A stretch of 64,000 nt of DNA, from NCBI GenBank assembly GCA_963777855.1, contig CAVZRW010000001.1:63679-127678 (forward strand), given 5' to 3'. A program made the translations under genes and the position numbers. The notes beneath the pieces are model-generated. The model had not been told where the DNA came from. It did no database searches and saw only the letters and a list, made by a program, of their open reading frames with translations. The DNA is from an uncultured Actinomycetes bacterium (GTDB lineage: Bacteria > Actinomycetota > Actinomycetes > S36-B12 > CAIYMF01). Positions 9,058 through 19,848 of this stretch are shown one piece after another (the first letter of the stretch is position 1; every line of letters begins with the position of its first letter).

Positions 9058-10443
9058 ATGCAGAGACTGAGCTCGCTGGACGCGGGGTTCCTGCACCTGG
9101 AGAACGACCGGCAGCAGATGCATGTCGGGTCGCTGCTCGTCTTCGAGGGGCCGGTACCGGCCTTCGAGGAGTTCACCGCACACCTGGCGGCCTGCCTCGA
9201 CGAGGTGCCGCGCTACCGCCAGCGCGTGCTGCGGATGCCGCTGGACCTGGCCCGGCCGGTGTGGGCCGACGACCCGCACTTCTCGCTGTCCTACCACCTG
9301 CGCCACACCGCCATCCCGTCGCCGGGCAGCGATGCCCAGCTGCGCGCGCTGGTCGGCCGGATCCTCTCGCAGCGCCTGGACGTCGACCGGCCGCTGTGGG
9401 AGATGTGGCTGGTCGAGGGCCTGCCCGAGCAGCGGTGGGCGATCATCACCAAGACCCACCACGCCATGATCGACGGGCTGGCGGGCAACGAGCTCATGGA
9501 GATCGTGCTGGACCGGGAGCCCGCCGTGCGCAGGCGCCCGCCCACCGCCTGGCGACCCAGCCCGCCGCCCTCCCAGGCGGGGCTGGCCGCCCTCGGCCTC
9601 GCGGGTCTGGCCCAGCTGCCGGTCGACATCTCGCGGGCGGCGGTGGGTGCGGTCCGCTCGCTCTCCGCGGCCGAGCTGGCCCGGGCCGGGGCTGTGCGCG
9701 CCTACGGGCTGGCCACGGTCGGGCGCAGCGCGGCCAGCCCGACCAGCGTGCTCAACGGCCCGCTGGGGCCGCACCGCCGGTGGGGGTGGGCCCGCGCCGA
9801 GCTGGCCGATGTCAAGGCCGTCAAGGACGCCGCCGGCTGCACGGTCAACGACGTCGTGCTGGCCGCGGTCGCCGGGGGCTTGCGCACCTACCTGGCCGCC
9901 CGCGGTGAGGACGTCGCGACCACCACGATCCGCTCCCTGGTGCCGGTCTCCGTGCGCACCGAGGCCCACCGGGGTCGGCTGGGCAACCAGGTCACCGCGA
10001 TGTTCGCCGACCTGCCCGTGCACGTGGCCGACCCGCGTGAGCGCCTCGACGCGGTGGCCCGGCAGATGGACCACCTCAAGGGCAGCGGCCAGGCGGTCGG
10101 CGTCGAGGCGATGCTCTCGGCCGCCGACTTCGTGCCCGAGACCCTGATGACGCTCGGCGCGCGGGTCTACGCCCGCACCGGGCAGCGGGTCATCAACACG
10201 GTGACCACGAACATCCCCGGACCCCAGCAGCCGATCTACCTGATCGGCCGGCGGATGCTGGAGATGTTCCCCTACATCCCGGTGGCCCAGGGCGTGCGGA
10301 TCAGCATCGGCATCATGAGCTACGACGGCCACCTCGCGATCGGGGTCACCGGCGACTACGACGCGGTGCCCGACCTCGACGTGCTGTGCACCGCCATCGA
10401 GGATGCGTTGGCCGAGCTGGCGGGCACGGTGGACGACGGCTGA
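9058..10443 (+). CDS. Wax ester synthase / diacylglycerol acyltransferase (WS/DGAT)
   Basis: Track ORF 9058..10443 starts 2 nt after the upstream stop. N-terminal MQRLSSLDAGFLHLE, the catalytic HHAMIDG (HHxxxDG) motif, and C-terminal NIPGP...YDG...G.TGD. Confidence 0.9.
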   Translation: MQRLSSLDAGFLHLENDRQQMHVGSLLVFEGPVPAFEEFTAHLAACLDEVPRYRQRVLRMPLDLARPVWADDPHFSLSYHLRHTAIPSPGSDAQLRALVGRILSQRLDVDRPLWEMWLVEGLPEQRWAIITKTHHAMIDGLAGNELMEIVLDREPAVRRRPPTAWRPSPPPSQAGLAALGLAGLAQLPVDISRAAVGAVRSLSAAELARAGAVRAYGLATVGRSAASPTSVLNGPLGPHRRWGWARAELADVKAVKDAAGCTVNDVVLAAVAGGLRTYLAARGEDVATTTIRSLVPVSVRTEAHRGRLGNQVTAMFADLPVHVADPRERLDAVARQMDHLKGSGQAVGVEAMLSAADFVPETLMTLGARVYARTGQRVINTVTTNIPGPQQPIYLIGRRMLEMFPYIPVAQGVRISIGIMSYDGHLAIGVTGDYDAVPDLDVLCTAIEDALAELAGTVDDG

Positions 10444-10458
10444 TCGCGGGGGAGGAGG

Positions 10459-11948
10459 ATGGGGGCAGGGGCGCAAGGGCAGGGGGTGGCTGTGCGCACG
10501 TTCGCGGAGCTCCAGGAGGGGCTCGCGCCGGTCCTGGCACTGCAGCGCGGTGGCGGGCGTCGCGACCACGTCGTCGTGCTGTTCCCGTCGCTGAGCGTGG
10601 GCCCCTCGGTCGAGGCCCACTACGGCTCCCGGCTGCCGACCCTCGAGCACCGGTTCCTGCTGATGCTCACGATGCTGCGGCGACGCCCGGGCTGCACCGT
10701 GATCGTCGTGGTCTCGGTGCCTCCGGACCCGGGGGTGTGGGACTACTACCTGGACCTCTCGTCGCCGCCGACGGCGGCGACATCGCCCAGCGGGCGCACC
10801 TGGTCAGCCCCGATGACCCCTCCCCACGGCCCCTGGCCGCCAAGGTGGTGGACCGCCCTGACCTGCTGGACCGGATCCGGGGCCTGATCGACGGGCGACC
10901 GTCGTTCCTCGAGCCGTACAACGTCACCGACGTCGAGGTCGAGGTCGCCCTCCGGCTGCAGCTGCCGATCAACGGCGCCGCACCGGGGCTGGCCCACCTT
11001 GGGTACAAGAGTGGCGGGCGGCGGGTCCTGGCCGAGGCCGGCGTGCCGATCCCCCCAGGCCGGGAGGACGTCCGCAGCCCCGACGAGGTGGTGCGCGCGG
11101 CCCGGGCGGTGCAGGCTGCCCGACCCGGGGCCCGCTCGGTCGTGGTCAAGATCGACAACAGCGCCTCAGGAGTGGGCAACCGGGTGCTCGACCTCCCCGC
11201 CGCCGATGACCCGCACGCCGAGCGGCGCCTTGACGAGCAGGTGCAGCGACTGCCCCAGTGGTTCCTGGACCACCTCGCGGAGGGTGCCGTGGTCGAGGAG
11301 CGCCTCGTCGGGGCGGGTTTCGCCAGCCCCAGCATCCAGGCCGACATCGAGCCTGGCGGCAGGGTCATCGTCCGGGGCACCCATGAGCAGGAGCTCAGCG
11401 GACCCCACGGCCACACGTACGAGGGCTGCCGGTTCCCCGCCGACTCGACGTACTCCGCGCTGCTGGCCCAGTACGCGCAGGGGGTGGGCCGGGTGCTGGC
11501 CCGGCGAGGCGTCGTCGGCCGGTTCAGCCTGGACTTCGCCGCGACCCGCGCCTCGGACGGGGCCTGGGCCGTGTCCGCGCTGGAGATCAACCTGCGCCAG
11601 GGCGGCACATCGCCGCCCTTGGCCCTGCTGGCCAACCTCGACCCCGGCCGGTACCTGCCCGACCGCGGGCGCTGGCGCAGCGTCGCCGGCGGCCAGCGCT
11701 GCTACCGGTCCACCGACAACCTGGTCGACCCCCGCTGGGTGGGTCTGGACCCGGCCCGGGCGATCGCCGCCGTGGCGGGGGCCGGCCTGGCGTGGAACCC
11801 CGACCGGCGCACCGGCGTCGTCCTGCACCTCATGTCGTGCCTGGCCATCGACGGCCGCCTGGGCCTGACCGCCATCGCCAGCAGCCCGCAGGAGTCCGAT
11901 GACCTCTACGACGCGGCGCTGGCCGCCCTGGGCCACGTCAGGGCCTGA
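10459..11948 (+). CDS. ATP-grasp-type carboxylate-amine ligase related to PGM1-like peptide ligases; one frame change as assembled
   Basis: Track ORFs 10459..10887 (N-terminal part: VVLFPSLSVGPSVEAHYGSRLPTLEHRFLLMLTMLRR..VIVVVSVPP..VWDYYLDL) and 10386..11948 (VAADGGDIAQRAHLVSPDDPSPRPLAAKVVDRPDLL...SVVVKIDNSASGVGN...ALEINLRQGGTS). The junction is at about 10755-10761. The family name is from memory of the signature, not a search. Confidence 0.6.
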
Positions 11949-11993
11949 CCGCGGCCCCGAACCGTTGGCGGACGCACCGGTGCCGATGTCGCC

Positions 11994-12022
11994 GCTGAGC
12001 CGGGCGGGCAGCCCAGCTCAGC
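11994..12022. terminator. GC hairpin between convergent genes (possible bidirectional terminator)
   Basis: gctgagccgggc-gggca-gcccagctcagc forms a 12-bp stem with one mismatch. It lies between the ATP-grasp stop (11948) and the amylopullulanase stop (12035). There is no U-tract. Confidence 0.4.
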
Positions 12023-12034
12023 GGCGGCGCACGG

Positions 12035-15000
12035 TCAGCTGTACGGGGGCTTGCCCGGCGTCCGGAACTGCGGGACGACCGTGGCCGTGGCGGAGTTCCC
12101 GGCCTTGTCGGTGCAGGTCACCGTCATCAGGAACGTCGGTGCCTTGATGGTGACGACCCCGGTGCCCGGGTTGCGCGAGACCGACTGCTGGCCGGGCCGG
12201 ACCACGAGCTGGACCACGTCCCCGTCCTTGACCCGAACCCCGTTGAGGTCGGCCTTGACGCCGCAGTGCCTGCTCACGTCGTCGGAGCACCCGATCCGCA
12301 CGATGAACTTGCCCTGGTTGGCCCCGACCTGGATGGGCACGAGGCTGGCGCGGACCACGGGCGGCTTGCTGTCGCGGGCCTTGACGAACACCGCGGTGGT
12401 GCGCGCAGGAACCCGGAAGGTGCCGGTCGCGGCATCGAAGGCCGACGTGCGGACCACCGGGTCGGCGGAGGCCGCCTGGATCGGGTGCAGCCCCATGCGG
12501 GCACCCTTGGCCCCCGCCAGCGTGTAGCTGACCGCGTCGTCGGTCGCGTTGAACAGCACGACCAGGCCCTCGGCACGCTTGTCCAGGTCCCCACCCGGCA
12601 GCGGGTTGCGCGCCGGATCGGCCAGCTCCATCACGATCAGGCCGGGACGCTGGTCCGGTCCGGTGTTGGCGAACTTCAGCCGGGCCGAGACCTGCTCGGC
12701 GGTGGTGAGGCGGAACAGCCGCGACGACTCGCGGATGGCGAGCAGCTCGTCGGCGTGGACGTTGGCGGCCGCGATGTCGGCCGGGGCCGGCCTGAGGGCC
12801 GGGTTGCCCAGCAGCGGCTTGATCAACGACCAGTTGTCGCCGTTGTCGGCCTTCGGCGGCAGGCCCACACCCCAGTTGTTCGACTGGCCGGTGAAGTCCA
12901 GCCGGTTGAACCAGTCGCCGGAGTCGTAGCTGTTGCGGTCCATGGACTTCGAGCGCAGCAGCTCCATGCCCGCGTGCAGGAACGGCACGCCCTGGGAGAG
13001 CAGCGTGTAGTCCATGCCCAGGTTCTGGGCCCGGACACGGTCGGCCATCGAGGTGCCCAGCGGGTGCTTGTACTGGGAGATGTCGAACAGCGTCTGGTTG
13101 TCGTGTGCCTCGACGTAGACGATGTTCTCCTGCGGGTCGGCGGTGTAGCCGGTGGGGGAGCCGTTGTAGTCGACCTGCGAGCCCTTCACCGTGTTGCCGT
13201 TGCGGTCGACGAACTCGTAGTCGGCCAGGTTCCCGGCCAGGCCCACGCGGACCTGGTCGGCCGAGAGCAGCAGCTCGGCCTTGCGGTCGGCCTCCGACGG
13301 GCCGCCGGGGCCCTGGACCTTCTCGTTGGGGTCGTACCAGAGGCCGTTGACCAGGCCCTGGTTGGTGACCAGCGAGTCGCCGCCGTCGAACGGGCCGCCG
13401 CCGCGGACCGCGTCACGCAGGCGATCGTTGAACGTGCCGATCCCGGTGCCGGCCATGTTCGCCTGCGTCGCCTGGACGAACCGGGCGTTGTTGGCGACCT
13501 CGCCGAAGTTCCAGCCCTCGCCGTAGAGGTAGATCGACTTTCCGTCCACCCCGTCCTTCTGCAGGGTCAGGGCGTCGAGGGCGGCGCGCAGGTTGAGCAT
13601 GTTCTGCTTCGAGTGGTGGCCCATCAGGTCGAACCGGAAGCCGTCGACCTTGTACTCACGGGCCCAGGTGACGACGGAGTCGATCATGAGCTTCTCCATC
13701 ATCGCGTGCTCGCTGGCGGTGTTCGAGCAGCAGGTGGAGGTCTCGATCTCGCCCTTGTCGTTCAGGCGCTGGTAGTACCCGGGGACGACCCGGTCGAGCA
13801 CCGACTTCGGGTCCTGTCCCGCGGCGGTGGTGTGGTTGTAGACCACGTCCATCACCACGCGCAGGCCGTCGGCGTTCAGCGACTTGACCATGTCGCGGAA
13901 CTCCACGATGCGCCGCGAGCCCTGCGGGTCGGTGCTGTAGCTGCCCTCGGGCACGGTGTAGTGCCACGGGTCGTAGCCCCAGTTGAACCCGTCCTTGGCG
14001 GCGGTGGCGCTCACGGCTGCCTGCTGCTCCTCGGAGTCGGCCGGCAGGCCGGCCAGGTCGCTGTCCTTGGGCTGCTGCCAGGTGCTGCGGTCCTCGTCGA
14101 CGGTCGCGAAGTCGAACGCGGGCAGCAGGTGCACGTGGGTCAGCCCGGCGTCGGCCAGCTGCTCGAGGTGGTTCGTGCCGTTGGTGCCCTCGAGGGCGAA
14201 GGCCTCGAACGTGCCGCGCTTGGCGGCCGGGACGCTGGCGTCGCTGGCCGAGAAGTCACGCACGTGCAGCTCGTAGAGCCTGATGTCCTCGGGCTTCTTC
14301 AGCGGGGGCTTGGCGACCCTGTCCCAGCCCTTGGGCTCCAGGCGCCGGGAGTCGAGGTCGACCACCTGGCTGCGGGCGCTGTTGGTGGACAGCGACAGCG
14401 AGTACGGGTCGGTCACCTGGTTGGTGACGATCTCCTGGGTCGAGGGGGCCCAGACCGTCACCTCGTAGAGGTAGTACTTGCCGGTCAGCTTCCTGGCCGA
14501 GGCCGACCAGACCCCGCTGGTGTCGTTGCGGGTCATCGGCAGCGTCGCGCTCGGGGTCGCCGAGGTGGCGGAGTCGAAGACCAGGACCCTGGCCTGCTGG
14601 GCCGTCGGGGCCCACAGCCGCAGGGTGGTGCGCTTCTTCGAGACCGTCGGACCGAGCCGGACGGACTTCGCCCCGGCGGCGTAGAGGTCGTCGAGCACGC
14701 CCGGGATCTGCACGGAGGTGGCCCGGCGCAGCGTGCCGTCGGCGGCCCGCTCGACCGCGACCACCTGCCCGCGCAGCGCCTCGGGGACCCGGGGCAGGTC
14801 GGTGCTGCGGACCTTGAACACCTGGTAGCCCGCCAGGTGCGGCCACGCGGCGAGGAGCTCGGGGGTCATGCCGTCGGGGTCGTAGGCCAACCGGATGGTC
14901 CGGCCGCCGACCACGCCGGCGGGACCGGCGGTGATCCCGCCGGCGTTGCTCCACCGCAGCGAGTAGGCCAGGGTCTCGGGGGACTCGGCCTTCCACAGCA

Positions 15001-18000
15001 GCGTGTCGCGCGAGACCCACTGGGCCTGGGCCTTGGTCAGGTCCGCGTCCACGCCGCGGCCCACGATGGGCAGCAGCCACTGGATCTGGTTGTCCTTGGC
15101 CTGGCCGGAGACGTACCAGGTGCGGTTGCCGTAGACGGCGAGGTCCAGGGCCTGGTCGCCGTTGGGATCCTTGGCGTCACCGCGGTGGATGATGAAGTTC
15201 AGCCGGGTCGCGCCGGCCACCAGCGGCACCTCGAAGACCGGGCCGAAGTTGTCCATGCGGGCCGGCTTGAGCGGCGCGGTCCACTGGGTCTCGGTCTTGG
15301 CCCCGGTCCACACGTGCATGCCCCAGAAGTTGTTGAAGTCCGAGGAGGTGTAGTCGCCGTAGTCGCCGTCGGCGCGGTGGTAGTGGATCTCGGCGAAGCC
15401 CTGGGCAGCACCGCGCGTGCGGTTGATCGTCGGGTCGCCCTGGTTGCGCCAGATCTCCCCGGACACCGCCGGGATGAACGACTCGTCGGAGCCGACGTCC
15501 TTGTCGTCACCCTTGTGGATGATGAAGTTCAGCGCCGCCTGGGGGTTCTTCAGCGGCACGTCCCAGTACGCGCCGAAGTCGTCGATCCCGTCGAAGGGGC
15601 GCGGCGAGGCCCAGTCGGTGGCCACGCCGTCGGCGATGGCGTCGCCCCACAGGTGCAGGCCCCAGCCGGTGTAGTCGTCGGCGGTGCGGTCGTAGTGGAT
15701 CCGGGCGAGGCCGCGGGCGGCGGCCAGCGACCCGTCGACCCGTGGGTCACCGGAGGTCAGCCAGATCTCCGGGGTCACCTGCGGGTTGGCGAACCGGTCG
15801 CCGTCGGGGTCCTTGGTGTCGCCCTTGTGCACGATGAACCCCACGCTGCTGCCGCCCGGCTTGACCTTCACCCAGGCGAACCGGCCGTAGGAGTCCTCGC
15901 CGGTGAACGGGATGGGGTCGGCCCACTCGACGGTGCCCTCGATGTCGCCGAAGGCGTGCAGGCCCCAGCCGTCGTAGTTGCCGTCGGGCCGGTTGTAGTG
16001 GACGACGAGGTAGTCGGTGCCGCTGCCGGTGACCGGCGGGGGAGCGATGATCTCGCCGGCCTTGACGGTGATCATGTCGGCGTTGAGGTCCCCGGAGCGG
16101 GTCCTGACGATCGCCCGCAGGTCCAGGGTCGTGCCCTTGGCGTACTTCGACACGTCGTACTGCATCGAGTAGGGCCGGTTGTCGTCGGTGCCGACGACCG
16201 TCCAGTCGCCGCCGTCGGCCCGCACCGCGAACGTCACCTGCGCCGGGGCGCTGCCGCTGACGTTGGCGGCCAGGTCGATCAGGCCGGTCACCTCGGAGCC
16301 GACCGGGGGCCGGCTGACGGTGATGCCCGGGGCGGGGGTGTCGGCCACCTTGGCGTTGGCCTTGTAGACCACCGCCGACAGGGCGGGCACCGTGACCGAG
16401 AGCTCACGCGAGCCGTTCGTGGTGCCGTTGCGCGGCCGAGGCCGGCCACAGGGCGGTGAAGCCCATGTCGGGCGAGTAGGTCGGGATCGAGGCGCTCTTC
16501 TCCGAGGTGGCGTTGTTGAGCACGACCAGGTACTCCACACCCTCGGCCCAGTCCATCCGCGAGAACGCGTAGAGGCCCGCCGAGGTCGAGGAGTAGCGGT
16601 GCTGCTGCAGGCCGGTGCGCAGGGCCGGGTTGGCCTCGGTCAGGCCGGCGAGGTCGGTGATGTGCTGGTAGATCGGGTGCGTCGCGTCGAAGTTGTCGTC
16701 GGCGGTGGTCGCGTCGGTGCCGATCAGGTCGTCGTCGTTGTAGGAGGCCACCTGGGAGGGGAACATGTCCTGGCGGGCGTCCTTGTCGCCGCCGTCGCCG
16801 GTGAAGCCCTGCTCGTCGCCGTAGTAGACCACCGGGTTGCCGCGGGAGAGGTACATCAGCGAGTGCGCCAGCTGGCTGCGGGCCAGCTTCTGGTCGGAGT
16901 CGCGCAGGAAGTAGCCGATGCGGCCCATGTCGTGGTTGCCCAGGAACGTGGGCAGCGAGTAGGCGTTGGAGTCCGAGTCGATGTACAGGTCGTCCTGGGC
17001 GAACAGGTCGCGCAGCTTGTCGGTGGCCCCGCCCGTGGCGAACTCCGAGGCCTTGCCCTGGAACGGGAAGTCGAGCACCGCGGGCAGGGGCAGCTCGGTC
17101 GTGTAGCGGGAGGTGAACGACGGGTTGCCGTCGAAGACCTCGCCGAAGAAGAAGAAGTCCGGCTTGCCGTGGGTGGCCGCGTACTTCGAGATCGCCGGGG
17201 CGAACGCCGCCCAGAACTCGTCGTTGACGTGCTTGACGGTGTCGATCCGGTAGCCGTCGATGCCCAGCTCGCTGATCCACGACTCGAAGATGTCGATCAT
17301 CCCGTTGACCACGGTGGGGTGCTCGGTGAACAGGTCGTCGAGGCCGAAGAAGTCGCCGTACTGGCTGGACTCGCCGGCGAAGGTCGAGTTGCCCCGGTTG
17401 TGGTAGAGCGTGACGTCGTTGAGCCACGCGGGGGTCTTCGCGTCGGCCAGCTCGGCGGGAGCGACCGGGGTGTACGGGAACGAGCCGATGTTGAGCTTCG
17501 GGAAGTCCGGCGAGCCGGCGTAGTCCCGGTCGTCGAACTCGTTGCCGTCGGCGTCGACGTACGGGAAGGCTGGCCTTGGTGCGGTAGGCGTCCTTGCCCT
17601 CCTGGTACTGGACCACGTCGGCGGTGTGGTTGGTGATGATGTCGAAGTAGACCTTGATGCCCTTGGCGTGGGCGGCCGCGATCAGGGCGGCCATCTCCTC
17701 GTTGGTCCCGAAGTGCGGGTCCATCCGGGTGTAGTCCACCGTCCAGTACCCGTGGTAGCCGGCGGAGACGTCGGAGCCGACGCCCTGCACCCAGCGGTTC
17801 TCGAACATCGGGGTCATCCACACCGCGGTGATGCCCATGTCGTCGAGGTAGTCCAGCTTGTCGATCAGCCCGGCGAGGTCACCGCCGTGGTAGAAGCCCT
17901 TGTCCGTCGGGTCCAGCCCGTGCACCAGGCGACCCTGAGCCGGGTCGACGCCGGCGGTGTCGTTGGTGGGGTCACCGTTGGAGAACCGGTCGGGCATCAC

Positions 18001-18785
18001 GAAGTAGAACTTCTCGCCGACGCTCGACTGCCGCAGGCTCGTGCCGGCAAGGGCGGCGTCCCCGGGCAGCGTCCCGCTGCCCTGGCCCTGGACGGTGACG
18101 GTGGGGACGTTGTCCGACGGCGAGAAGGAGATCGAGACCAGGTCGCCGACCCGGCCCACGGTGAAGGCGACGTTTCCCGGGCCCCCGTCGGCGCCGAACG
18201 AGACGTCCCAGCCCTCGTCGAGCGCGACCTTGAACTGGTAGCTGCCGACCGGCAGTGCGTCGGTGGTGAAGGTGTAGGTGCCGTCGCCGTCGGTGTCCTG
18301 CAGCCAGGAGCGCAGGCAGTCCGGCTGCCAGTCCCCGGCGCAGCCGAGCTCGCTCTGGAAGTCGCCGGCCGCCGTCGCGATGGTCGAGCGGACGTTGTCG
18401 GTGACCCAGTTGCTCTTGTGGTCGTAGTAGAACTTCACCGACGCGTCGGCGGCCAGGGACAGCGGGACGTTGTCGGGTCCGGTGTTCAGCCCGTAGCTCT
18501 CGGCCCACCCGTCGTTGAGCGCGGCCTTGTACTGCCAGGCGCCCGCGGGCACGGCGAACGCGCCCTGCCAGACGTCGTCGACGGCGTCGGCGGTCAGGTG
18601 CGTGGCCGCGCAGTCGGGCTGCCAGTCACCCGGGCAGCCGAGCTCGCTCTGCAGGTCGCCGGCGATCGTCACCGCGCTCGGGTCCGGGGTGCTCGCCGCC
18701 CCGGCGGTCGTCACCGGTGCGGTGACGAGGGCGGCCAGCAGGCCCCCCGTCATCAGGATCCGGGCGTATGGACGCAAAGCGCTCA
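12035..18785 (-). CDS. pulA: Secreted alpha-amylase / type I pullulanase fusion (amylopullulanase-like, two GH13 catalytic modules plus CBM repeats), about 2250 codons; two frame changes as assembled
   Basis: A GGAGGAA RBS precedes ATG 18785. Signal peptide: [32 protein letters not shown]. There are two N-terminal repeats with GD.QSELGC.GDWQPDC. Amylase core: [39 protein letters not shown]. There are three HY.R.DG.Y..WG.H.W CBM41-like repeats. Pullulanase core: [44 protein letters not shown]. The frame changes at about 17566-17575 and about 16429-16438 (track ORFs 16288..19341, 16404..17312, 12035..16540). Confidence 0.85.
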
Positions 18786-18969
18786 TGTGTTCCTCCAGGG
18801 GGGGTCCTGGGCGTGACAGTAGGCCCGATCGAGTGAATGTTGCGCGGGGAAGGGTGCCCTTCCGGTGGGCATCGGCCGGGTGGCAGCGGGGGGTGTCATT
18901 TCGACCTGGCCCCCAGCTGGGCAGCGGCGGCCCGGCGCGTCGGGACGCCGGCCGCGTGGGGCCACTACG

Positions 18970-19848
18970 GTGGGCGCCGTGGATCGGCAGGTGCTGGGGC
19001 GCGCCAGTGAGGAGGCTGCCCGGGCCGCCGCCCGTGCGGGCGTGTCGGTGCGCGCGCTGCACGACCATGAGGAGCTCGCGCAGGCGCGGGCCATCTGGGA
19101 TGCGGTGTGGCCCACGGTGCCCGGCGCCACGGAGGTCACCCAGAACCTGCTGCGCGCCATCGAGCACGCCGGCGGCTACGTCGGGGGCGCCTTCGAGGGC
19201 ACGCGGATGGTCGGCTCGTGCCTGGCGATCGTCGGCCGGTCCAGGGGCCCGGCGGGGTGGCACACGCACCTGCACTCGCACGTCGCGGCGGCACTGCCGG
19301 GGTTCACCGATCGTGGCATCGGGACGGCTCTCAAGCTGCACCAGCGCAGCTGGGCTCTGGGCCAGGGGATCGACCGGATCGTGTGGACCTTCGACCCGCT
19401 CGTGCGCCGCAACGCCCAGCTCAACCTCGTGAAGCTCGGCGGCCTGGGGGTGGAGTACCTGGTGGACTTCTACGGCGCCATGGACGACGTGCTCAATGTC
19501 GGGGACACCAGCGATCGCCTGCTCGTGCAGTGGGACCTGGCGTCGACGCGCGTGGAGCGGGCCCTGGCCGGTGGGTCGCGCGCGGAGCCCGACGAGCGGT
19601 GGCTGGCCCGGGGCGCCGGCGCGCTGCTGGTGGCCATCGCCGGCGGCCCCGAGCTGCGCGACACGGCCGCCCAGGTGCGGCTCGTGGCCGTCCCGGACGA
19701 CATCGTCGCGATCCGCCGTGACGACCCCGCGCTGGCCCGGCGCTGGCGGGCCCGGGTCCGCGCCGCACTGGAGCCGCAGCTGGCGGCCGGGGGTCGTGTC
19801 GTCGGGCTGACCGGGGACGGCAGCTACGTGCTGGAGGTGCCCCGATGA
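18970..19848 (+). CDS. GNAT-family N-acyltransferase (the type found next to OSBS/NSAR genes)
   Basis: Track ORF 18865..19848. I prefer GTG 18970 or 18979, because upstream is Arg/Gly-rich. Acyl-CoA-binding-like FTDRGIGTALKLHQR. The stop overlaps the next start (ATGA at 19845-19848). Confidence 0.7.
   Translation: MGAVDRQVLGRASEEAARAAARAGVSVRALHDHEELAQARAIWDAVWPTVPGATEVTQNLLRAIEHAGGYVGGAFEGTRMVGSCLAIVGRSRGPAGWHTHLHSHVAAALPGFTDRGIGTALKLHQRSWALGQGIDRIVWTFDPLVRRNAQLNLVKLGGLGVEYLVDFYGAMDDVLNVGDTSDRLLVQWDLASTRVERALAGGSRAEPDERWLARGAGALLVAIAGGPELRDTAAQVRLVAVPDDIVAIRRDDPALARRWRARVRAALEPQLAAGGRVVGLTGDGSYVLEVPR

Noticed and set aside
12266-16459. 1397-aa ORF on the plus strand, opposite the pullulanase gene.
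   Set aside because: It is a shadow ORF. Its composition is dominated by Arg/Gly/Ala/Val/Asp/His with no recognisable motif, and it is exactly antisense to a gene with unambiguous GH13 motifs. Long stop-free antisense frames are expected at this GC content.
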